Shown piece after piece: positions 9,101 to 12,998 of a stretch of 12,998 nt of DNA (within the stretch, counting starts at the first letter, position 1; each line of letters opens with the position of its first letter). The DNA comes from Abditibacteriaceae bacterium. Its GTDB lineage: Bacteria > Armatimonadota > Abditibacteriia > Abditibacteriales > Abditibacteriaceae. The DNA lies in assembly GCA_031372065.1 (NCBI GenBank), contig JANMKN010000024.1, positions 1 through 12,998 of the forward strand, in the 5' to 3' direction. The notes under the pieces are model-generated. The model saw only the letters and a program-made list of their open reading frames with translations, searched no databases and had not been told where the DNA came from. The translations under genes were made by a program, and so were the position numbers.

Positions 9101-9614
9101 GTGGCTGGCCTTGGCTTTTGCTGAAAAAGGCGACGGCGACACCGCCGTGCAACTGCTGCAAATGCTCAATCCCATCGAACACGCCAAAACGCCCGCAGCG
9201 GCAGCCACTTACATGGTCGAACCGTATGCTATCGTGGCCGATGTTTACAACTTGCCCGGCCACATCGGGCGCGGCGGTTGGACATGGTATACCGGCTCGG
9301 CCAGTTGGGTTTATCGCGTCTGGGTCGAAAGTGTGCTTGGCTTCAAACTCAAAGGCGACGCTCTCGAAATCAACCCTGCTATCCCCAAAGAGTGGCCGCG
9401 TTTTTCGATGACCTATCGCCATCAGTCCGCCACCTACGAAATCCACGTCGAAAACCCCGACAGCGTTAGCACCGGCATTGCGTGGATTGAATTGGACAGC
9501 GTGCAAGTCCCGTCCATCAAGCTACTGGACGACGGTCAAACCCATCAAGTCCTCGTCCGCCTCGGCCAACCGATTTTGCCCAACGGTAACAGAAGGAAAT
9601 TGAAAGACAAATAA
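189..9614 (+). CDS. ndvB: Cyclic beta-1,2-glucan synthase (Cgs/NdvB/ChvB): GT84 + cyclisation (GH189/glycoamylase-like) + GH94 phosphorylase domains
   Basis: Uninterrupted 3141-aa ORF. N-terminal Cgs motifs AAEWLLDNGY, PRVYAVA and ELWALPLMLR. GT84 motifs WMGRERKRGKLEELN, VITLDADT (DAD at 2541-2549), LLSHDLIEG and RAHRWIRGDWQ (RxxRW at 3033-3047). Three pairs of hydrophobic helices. Middle domain motifs APDNYQE, RTSPTNIG, YDLLASECRL, SWSGTMFEYLMP, PWGNSE and FMVHHQGM. C-terminal GH94 motifs YQSGGAFGFRDQLQD, GTGDWNDG (GDWNDG at 8610-8627), RENGGQYTHAA and GRGGWTWYTGSASW. Confidence 0.95.
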   Translation: MPDTGLILAFYRDSQAAQETLESLRQNGFRRAATLQHQTDKPFAFNRGGLAPGTGALLGGLSGLLLSRFLPLPASLRAAHAFVAPTLSAVAGAGIGHFASQKLENALPAALIKREERWLLRGETMLLAQGSSNALARMVEIIRESEIPSVYVLRDGLTVTQSSAADSSENELHTGDQLREAARKLAREQQNVRMPDRDWMKAAFAAHHRMIERLRDNEEVILSANAYLALAVRLGLPVSIAAEWLLDNGYVIEGQIKDALKNLSPQFYADLPVLPKDSDSPHAGMPRVYAVAVELMRRTDSRLDKFNISDWINAYQSETQLTMSELWALPLMLRVAIVENLRNLSEQVTERQRNREQASLWANRLLNAAHHDPEKLPLLFADLAQDNPRPAPHFADRLISNLYDEEAALLPARSWIESTLRASLREVVQDDQRRQAVEQVSVANCVTSLHHLSNMDWRTMFESLSLLESELRGDPSGVYARMDFQTRDDYRHQIERLARGAKLPEMEIARRVVDLGNQTDVDAPGVGLRRHIGYFLNDEGQREFEELLHYRAPFFLSFNRFIQSNSTPLYFGSIALGTIGALLRASRLARRTGGKLGWPMLLIGALPSSEVAVQILNYLVTRTVASKPLPKMNFEGGIPDAARTLVVVPTLLLSEESIADDIEQLEIHFLANSDANLRFALLGDYADAPTQHTADDNNLLEAAQRGIAALNARYSAESDRFFLFHRSRIWSESEGRWMGRERKRGKLEELNNYLKGESAGSPDESHPVAGDAAQLTSIKFVITLDADTQMPHDTARRMIETMAHPLNRPVVSGHLAVGSAKNSLSNRPLTTDHRPLVTRGYAIIQPGVSTTLPSATATKFSRWFSDNIGLDPYTHVRADVYQDLFQEGSYHGKGIYDLDAFHEVLSGRFPPAKLLSHDLIEGAHVRVGLASDIELLDDFPSTYLAFAKRAHRWIRGDWQILDWIFNYVPSGSEKDLAEFGSRTRNLLSPLNRWKVFDNLRRSLLPPATVAFLVGGWLVSPGTALTVSGLVGLSFLWPFFSGLVTWATTDPTNPAKVARMRQELTSLLPNLMRGALNGALLPHQAAVSLDAIARVLYRRFISHKLMLEWETARVAGQSSAEREKQFLLRLLGGLGFSVLTTVAVHFLNPAGFLYAAPFLILWSSLPLIVKWLHGPYLQEPEPLAEDDKTYLRQIARQTWRYFDDFVGPQTNWLAPDNYQERLRVEIAQRTSPTNIGMWLLAVVSANDFGYVSGDDAVGRLLPTLRTLEALERFRGHFLNWYEIQREEALHPRYVSVVDSGNLLGCLWTLIESVDDLTGAPVLSGKAIQGLSDALELFCVALKNETSQQRLESALQSDIAALRQLFEGENLTPLQVVERLRKAQEPAARLSQQARITAPLATQRQSANLAIATADPRFTSSNAAYWAAQIETQIEAWLHIAGRYLPWLEKLAEAPDAWLWPLGEDAPALRREILAQAPSLKELASGNAHVFKELLARRQNVVLADEAAAWLDKVQSDFERSRWLAGEIIADANEVSNRAGKLADEMDFRFLYDAERKLFPIGFNVEEMRLDSAYYDLLASECRLASFLSVARDEVPVEHWLNLGRRFGKSPAGTPVLLSWSGTMFEYLMPLIFMPNSDNSLLDWACKTAVKEQIAYGKARGVPWGNSEAAFSALDAQKTYQYKAFGTPVLGLKRGLEDELVVAPYASVMALMVVPQQALENLRRLDSLAMRGDYGFYESIDFKHLELGDETIVSPDRSQSKRGIIVRTFMVHHQGMSLLALNNVLNNNPLQTRFTRLPSARATMPLLHEKIPVAPTILDESVREAPPKPVGSVLTSSLQDRLSSPNTPSPRVNLLSNGNMATMTTNAGGGYLRWKDYEITRWRADSTRDQWGSFVYIRDMESGVKWSAAHQPLRRPARFSSVYFKPEKTEYHRRDNDIETKLHVCISPEDDAEIRLLQLSNLSGAPRVLEITSFMEVCLAPHNADRAHPAFSKLFVQTESALGGAALLATRRLRSPHEAPIWGAHVLATPLNGTLSFETDRLNFLGRNRTSEDPQALNGELTNTAGAVLDPCFSLRQRIVLAPGQRVDLAFTTIAGNSREAVLQLCEKYRETAAAGRALDLAWTHAQLEMHHLGLDDDALQQFQHLASYMLYPFDALRAPAKRLRQNQRGQSGLWAFGISGDLPIMVLNVADERDLPAVREAMMAHAFWRARGLKSDLVILNEEASGYNQDLNQGLRKAAIAVSPQMPHEQLFDQPGGLFLREGDQLNEEDLTLLLAVARVVLVAARGSLAQQLSSTPALPDAPKNLQKRIISEQPSAPLPFLSLDYFNSIGGFTPDGKEYAIYLGPGTQTPLPWVNVFASPLFGSVISESGRGFTWYGNSQSNRLTPWSNDPVSEGASDSIYIRDEETGAFWTTTPLPIRENDAYRTRHGQGYSVFEHNSHALEQELTMFVPLDGAMGENSPPIRVARLKLKNASSRKRRLRVTQFTDWVLGTTREEMQAHIVTQWDSAEKILLARNHYRPDFSNRIAFASASPQPRSWSSDRTAFLGRNGSPSRPLAMDKEHLDERTGAGFDCCAAIQVMVDLAPGETTEVIFLLGEAGDLEEARHLVRRFRNGEEVERTLRQTQKWWDDFLGTLEVDVPIAGVNFLLNRWLPYQALSCRVWGRSAWYQSGGAFGFRDQLQDVMAFMHSRPQIAREQILRAAAHQFEEGDVQHWWHPPSDAGVRTRFADDLLWMPFVTAHYIETTGDAAILDEIVGFLKGAPLADDEHEVYNQPQHSEQSATLFEHCRRAIEKGCTYGPHRLPLIGTGDWNDGLNRVGVDGKGESVWMAWFLGDVLHKFAAICQSRGEKTLADDFLQRAKDYIKSTEDEAWDGEWYVRAFFDDGSPMGAKANLEAQIDSLPQSWAVLTGLGDKKRADQALQAAYERLVLQDEDMILLFTPAFDQTDQDPGYIKGYLPGVRENGGQYTHAATWLALAFAEKGDGDTAVQLLQMLNPIEHAKTPAAAATYMVEPYAIVADVYNLPGHIGRGGWTWYTGSASWVYRVWVESVLGFKLKGDALEINPAIPKEWPRFSMTYRHQSATYEIHVENPDSVSTGIAWIELDSVQVPSIKLLDDGQTHQVLVRLGQPILPNGNRRKLKDK
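2617..2700. repeat. In-frame inverted heptamer tandem repeat (TGGTCAG-like x4 / spacer / C(T/C)GACCA x4-5) inside cgs
   Basis: Left arm TAGTCAG-TGGGCAT-TTGGCGG-TGGGCAG (2617-2644). The 21-nt spacer has an inner hairpin GCGAA-gaa-TTCGC (2646-2658). Right arm CCGACCA-CTGACCA-CTGACCA-CCGACCA-CTGGTCA (2666-2700). Translated in frame as part of VVSGHLAVGSAKNSLSNRPLTTDHRPLV. Confidence 0.85.
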
Positions 9615-9695
9615 ATAGTGAATCATCGTGGGATTCATCCAACGAAAAAGCCACAGCCACTGCTGTTTTTTTGCATTTAGCAGCAAGCAAAATAG

Positions 9696-9730
9696 CCAAA
9701 CCCGCTCCTTAAGGGAAGCGGGTTTGGTTT
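9696..9730. terminator. Bidirectional Rho-independent terminator between convergent cgs and DUF2934 genes
   Basis: Perfect 11-bp stem CCAAACCCGCT (9696-9706) / AGCGGGTTTGG (9717-9727) with a 10-nt loop. It is followed by TTTAT on + and CTATTTTGC on -, and lies in the gap between two convergent stop codons. Confidence 0.8.
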
Positions 9731-9759
9731 ATGAAAGCAGGCCGTTCAATTTAAATTGG

Positions 9760-10137
9760 TTACGCGTTTTTCTTGGTCGCGCGTTTTGCGGGGGCCGCGC
9801 TTGCTGCGGGGTCTTTGGCGGGGGCGACTTTGGTTGTTGCTGCCTTAGTGGTTGTTGCCTTTGGTTTTGCAGTTGCTTTGGGCGCTTCTACCGCAGGTGC
9901 GGTTTCTGCGGCGGGCGCTTGCTTAACAGCGGCCTTTGCCGCCAGGGATTTCTCAGGCTTTGCGGTGCCATTTGCCATCATTTTCGTCAGCACTTCTTCC
10001 TCGGCAGTAAGCCAATTCTCGTGCTCACGTCCCGGCGTGAAACCAGCACTTTCTGCGATGTAATAAGCGCGCTCCTGAATTTCTTGGAGCACAGATGGGT
10101 CTTTGATTGCCTCTTCGCGGCTTTTAATTTTGCTCAT
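9760..10137 (-). CDS. DUF2934-domain protein with Ala/Lys/Pro/Thr-rich (histone H1-like) C-terminal tail
   Basis: 125 aa. EIQERAYYIAESAGFTPGREHENWLTAEEEV matches the DUF2934 pattern (I..RAY.I.E..G...G....dWl.AE.E). The tail is KATAKPKATTTKAATTKVAPAK...PAKRATKK. Strong SD AAGGAG 7 nt upstream, terminator downstream. Confidence 0.88.
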   Translation of the reverse strand: MSKIKSREEAIKDPSVLQEIQERAYYIAESAGFTPGREHENWLTAEEEVLTKMMANGTAKPEKSLAAKAAVKQAPAAETAPAVEAPKATAKPKATTTKAATTKVAPAKDPAASAAPAKRATKKNA

Positions 10138-10144
10138 GGTGAGT

Positions 10145-10150
10145 CTCCTT
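10145..10150 (-). promoter_or_regulatory. Shine-Dalgarno AAGGAG for the DUF2934 gene
   Basis: The minus strand reads aAAGGAGactcaccATG, with 7-nt spacing to the ATG at 10137. Confidence 0.8.
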
Positions 10151-10167
10151 TGGGCCAGCTTTCTCCA

Positions 10168-10196
10168 TTTTTAGCAAAGGTTTTGTAAATTTGCAA
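10168..10196 (-). promoter_or_regulatory. Putative sigma70-type promoter for the DUF2934 gene
   Basis: Minus strand TTGCAA (10196-10191), then a 17-nt spacer ending in TGC, then TAAAAA (10173-10168). This gives an extended -10 TGn motif. The -10 hexamer is imperfect. Confidence 0.4.
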
Positions 10197-10210
10197 ACCC
10201 GTAGTTTGCA
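10192..10210. promoter_or_regulatory. Operator-like palindrome TGCAAAC-N5-GTTTGCA
   Basis: Perfect 7-bp inverted repeat (10192-10198 / 10204-10210) in the divergent intergenic region, overlapping the predicted -35 box. Confidence 0.4.
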
Positions 10211-10284
10211 GCAGTTTTTCCTATTGCCGCGTATGTTTTACCAACTTGGGATTAATTTTGCATCACGTTATTGTTAAATGAATG

Positions 10285-10293
10285 TTATCCACA
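10285..10293 (+). promoter_or_regulatory. Perfect consensus DnaA box (TTATCCACA)
   Basis: Exact 9-mer in an AT-rich intergenic stretch. It is the only perfect copy I found. Confidence 0.4.
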
Positions 10294-10532
10294 GAATTTC
10301 TTGATTGCGGTCAGTATTGCATAAAACAAGACCAGTAAAATGAGTATAGTTGTTATTTATTGGCGCCCTGTAGAGTCAGTATGTGAAGGCAGGAAACGAC
10401 CATTGCAGTGCGTTTGGCAAGGCACAAAAAGGATACCCTTCGACAATGTTTTGTCCTCCGAACTTCTTTGCGACTTACGGCATCGAACCTTATGTCGTGC
10501 GCTTGTTTTAGGCAAAAAGAGCGATTTACTTT

Positions 10533-12407
10533 ATGTTTTTCCATAATCCCGTTTTTCATCGAGAGTCGCGTGTGCGCTGGCGCAGTTGGCGTGCTTTTGC
10601 GTTGCTGTTTTTGTATGCCATGTCACTATCGTCGGTTTTTGGATGGAGCTATGCCACAAACGGCGCCGGCGACACGCAGGCTCTTAATTCTCCTGATCTC
10701 GCTGTAACTGGGCGTGAGATGTTTCGCACGTTGCAGATGATGCAAATGGTCGCGTGGCTGCTCATCGTGCCGATTTTAACCTCAACGATTATTTCGTCCG
10801 AGCGTGAGCGCGGTTTGCTGGAAGCGTTGCAATTATCCTGTTTGCGGGCGAGAGACATTATCGGCGGCAAACTGGGCGCTCTTTTGCTTTTTGTCAATCT
10901 TCTGCTCTTGGCCGGAGCGCCGGTCACTTCGATTTGCTTTTTGCTCGGCGGCGTGGCGCCCGAAGAGTTTTTGAAATCGCTGCTCTTGCAGGCGATGACG
11001 ATTTTGCTTTGCTCTGCCCTTGGCTTGTTTTATTCGGCTCAGGCACGTCGCAGCCTGATTGCTGTGCGCAATTCTTTTATAGCGATGCTGATTTTTGCAT
11101 TTGCTACGGCGTATGCGTTCGATCTCAATGCGGCATTGGGTTGGAACGAACTGAAAAATGTAGCGGCTCTTTTCAATTTGATGAATCCGCTTCGCGCGCA
11201 AGTGGGCGTGTTCGATGATTTTGTAACGACCTACCCCGAACTGGCACGTTTAAAATGGATCGCGCAGCCGTTTCTTATTACATTAGGCGGACTGGCGCTG
11301 TTTGCCTTGTTGTTTCTGCGAGGCGCTTTGCGTGGTGTGCGCCGCGTTTTTGATGATGCGCAATGGCTGGAACGAAAGCGCTATTTAACGTGGCGCAACG
11401 GTGGTTTTACATGGCGCGCGGCCAATCTTGATGAAGCCGCCTTTGACCGCTGGCGCAACGAGAAGCCCCTGAGCGAAGCCAAAGACATCAAAGCCAAAAC
11501 CAGCGCGCTTTTTGATACGCCTTTGGCGACCTTTATCCATTTCCAAAATCCCGTTTTGCAACGCGAAGTGCGCGGCAAATTGCGCCTGCGGCGTTATCCG
11601 AAACCGGTGAGCGTCGTTATGATTGGCTTGGCGTTTTTAGGCGGCCTTGCTTATATGTTTGCCGTGTTTAGTGCGTGGTCGGACAAAAACACACATCAGG
11701 ATATTTGGTCGGCCACTATGTTTTGTGCGCTTTTCGCCATCACATTGGCCCTGCCTTTGATGGGCGCCAGCGCCTTGCCTCGCGAGCGCGATAATGGCAC
11801 ATGGGAAATGTTGGAAATCTCGCTTTTGTCGCCGCGCGAATTATTAACCGGCAAACTGCTGGCCCCGCTGTTTTTCGTGGTTTTGATCTTTGTTTTGCTG
11901 CTACCGATTCTTCTTCCAACGGTCTGTTACTTTGACTTGCACCAAAGCCGATTCTATGATGGCCCAGCGCTACCTCAAGCGCTGGCAGCGTTGTTTTTGT
12001 TGGCGGCGACTTGCTTTTGTTACACAGTTTGGGGAATGTGGTTATCTTCTTTTTTTCGCACACCTGTGACGGCGATGGCGGTCACGTTAGTTTCGATGTT
12101 GGTAATCGTAGGCGTGCTGCCGTGGCTGATAGATGTGTTTTTTGCCACTGGCTCCGCCGATTTTATGATTCTATGGCATCCGTGGGCGACAATGGATCGC
12201 CTGATGGAAATGTCTCATCCTTCTGGTAGCGGTGAAATTTTATTTAAGGCTCAGGACGCAGTTTTTAACATCAGCTTTTTGGTGACAACCGGCTTCTTAT
12301 TACTCTCCGATTTAAATCGCCGCCTTCGCAAAGCGTGGCGCCTGTCTCGTATTTCAAGTTGGGCTTTTCGCAAAAGTAAATCTACATTCGCCAACGAAAC
12401 GGCCTGA
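10533..12407 (+). CDS. ABC-2 type transporter permease with two tandem permease domains
   Basis: 624 aa, about 12 hydrophobic helices. Two homologous halves begin FHNPVFHRESR and FQNPVLQREVR. Each half has the ABC-2/GldF-like coupling motif (SSERERGLLEALQLSCLRARDIIGGKL; PRERDNGTWEMLEISLLSPRELLTGKL). No Walker motifs. Confidence 0.88.
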   Translation: MFFHNPVFHRESRVRWRSWRAFALLFLYAMSLSSVFGWSYATNGAGDTQALNSPDLAVTGREMFRTLQMMQMVAWLLIVPILTSTIISSERERGLLEALQLSCLRARDIIGGKLGALLLFVNLLLLAGAPVTSICFLLGGVAPEEFLKSLLLQAMTILLCSALGLFYSAQARRSLIAVRNSFIAMLIFAFATAYAFDLNAALGWNELKNVAALFNLMNPLRAQVGVFDDFVTTYPELARLKWIAQPFLITLGGLALFALLFLRGALRGVRRVFDDAQWLERKRYLTWRNGGFTWRAANLDEAAFDRWRNEKPLSEAKDIKAKTSALFDTPLATFIHFQNPVLQREVRGKLRLRRYPKPVSVVMIGLAFLGGLAYMFAVFSAWSDKNTHQDIWSATMFCALFAITLALPLMGASALPRERDNGTWEMLEISLLSPRELLTGKLLAPLFFVVLIFVLLLPILLPTVCYFDLHQSRFYDGPALPQALAALFLLAATCFCYTVWGMWLSSFFRTPVTAMAVTLVSMLVIVGVLPWLIDVFFATGSADFMILWHPWATMDRLMEMSHPSGSGEILFKAQDAVFNISFLVTTGFLLLSDLNRRLRKAWRLSRISSWAFRKSKSTFANETA

Positions 12408-12421
12408 CTTTTTAAGTGGCC
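12401..12421. terminator. Weak hairpin spanning the 14-bp gap between convergent genes (possible terminator)
   Basis: GGCC-(TG bulge)-ACTT-ttt-AAGT-GGCC: an 8-bp bulged stem with no clear U-tract. Confidence 0.25.
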
Positions 12422-12998
12422 TCAATAAATTTCGATTTCGCGTAGCATCAACTTGGCCGGGATTTGGTTGCCCCACGCTTTCACGGTTTCATCCGGCAAA
12501 AAGCCAAAGCTGGTGCGGCGTGCGATAAGGCGGATTTTCGCGGTAGTTACAGGCGCGAATTCGTTGACGTGAAAATTGTCGTCAAGCAGCCAAGTATTGG
12601 CTTTGCTGCCAGAGGTGATGACTGCATCAGACGGTGGCAACGGCGTGCGAACTTCCTTGACGGTTTTCCAAGTCGCGCCTTGCTGCACTTGCAAATCGTA
12701 ATCGAGCAGGGCACAAAAAGCGTTGTCGGCGCGCACCCCAAAAAGCAGAATTTTGCTGATCTTTTTCGGCGCGTCGAATGTGATTTCCAAAGTTTGCGGC
12801 GCGCCGTTTAATTCGCCTTGCCAAATTTTCTTGCCATCGGTGCCGCCGTTCGGGTTTCCGGCGTGAACCGTTTCCATCACGCCATTATTGAGCAGCGCAA
12901 AGTCGCTTTCGGTCTTGCCGGAATACGAAAACTTGGCTTGTGCCGCGATATTTTGGCCCCAATCCAGTTTGGCGACATCGAATTTCTGGTCGGGACTC
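12422..12998 (-). CDS. C-terminal part of a discoidin (F5/8 type C / CBM32-like) domain protein, 5'-truncated by the window edge
   Basis: The frame stays open beyond the listed start at 12880 to the window end: SPDQKFDVAKLDWGQNIAAQAKFSYSGKTESDFALLNNGVMETV... The pattern NIAA.A...S / ALLNNG / W / QTLEITFDAPKKISKILL / DYDLQV...W / F.PVTTAKIRL / LREIEIY-stop is typical of discoidin-like beta-sandwiches. Confidence 0.75.
   Translation of the reverse strand, partial: SPDQKFDVAKLDWGQNIAAQAKFSYSGKTESDFALLNNGVMETVHAGNPNGGTDGKKIWQGELNGAPQTLEITFDAPKKISKILLFGVRADNAFCALLDYDLQVQQGATWKTVKEVRTPLPPSDAVITSGSKANTWLLDDNFHVNEFAPVTTAKIRLIARRTSFGFLPDETVKAWGNQIPAKLMLREIEIY

Noticed and set aside
9619..9685. Small inverted repeats TGAATC/GATTCA (9619-9637) and TGCTG/CAGCA (9661-9685)
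   Set aside because: These stems are short and weak. The 11-bp hairpin at 9696-9727 accounts for termination.
9628..10188. 186-aa Cys/Gly-rich + strand ORF and the 96-aa ORF 9773..10063
   Set aside because: Both are antisense shadows of the low-complexity DUF2934 gene, which has the SD, domain motif and terminator. The longer ORF also runs through the terminator hairpin.
10190..10215. GCAAAC..GGG resemblance to a c-di-GMP-I riboswitch
   Set aside because: It lacks the GNRA-capped stem and the downstream conserved elements, and is better explained as a DNA palindrome.
10476..10492. tRNA T-arm-like sequence on the minus strand (TAAGG-TTCGATG-CCGTA)
   Set aside because: The stem has a mismatch, and no acceptor, D or anticodon arm or CCA end can be built around it.
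10138..10532. Intergenic region as oriC
   Set aside because: Only one perfect DnaA box was seen, and no dnaA, dnaN, gidA or parAB-type neighbours are in the window.
10340..10707. Small ORFs 10340..10546 (+), 10353..10559 (-) and 10408..10707 (+)
   Set aside because: No recognisable motifs or convincing SD, and all overlap the permease start.

Overview
GC-rich bacterial chromosomal window with four protein-coding genes. (1) 189..9614 (+) is a giant, apparently intact cyclic beta-1,2-glucan synthase (Cgs/NdvB/ChvB) with GT84 glucosyltransferase, GH189/glucoamylase-like cyclisation and GH94 phosphorylase regions. It carries an extra N-terminal stress-protein-like membrane domain and an in-frame palindromic heptamer-repeat insertion inside the GT84 domain. 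(2) 9760..10137 (-) is a small DUF2934-like protein with a Lys/Ala/Pro-rich histone-H1-like tail, convergent with cgs across a strong hairpin terminator. (3) 10533..12407 (+) is a tandem-duplicated ABC-2-type permease with no ATPase partner in view. (4) 12422..>12998 (-) is the C-terminal discoidin (F5/8 type C-like) domain of a gene running off the window. Non-coding signals are a structured cgs leader with three anti-Shine-Dalgarno motifs, and an AT-rich divergent intergenic region with a perfect DnaA box and an operator-like palindrome. No RNA genes, CRISPR arrays or transposases are evident. All family calls come from motif recognition by eye, not from database searches.
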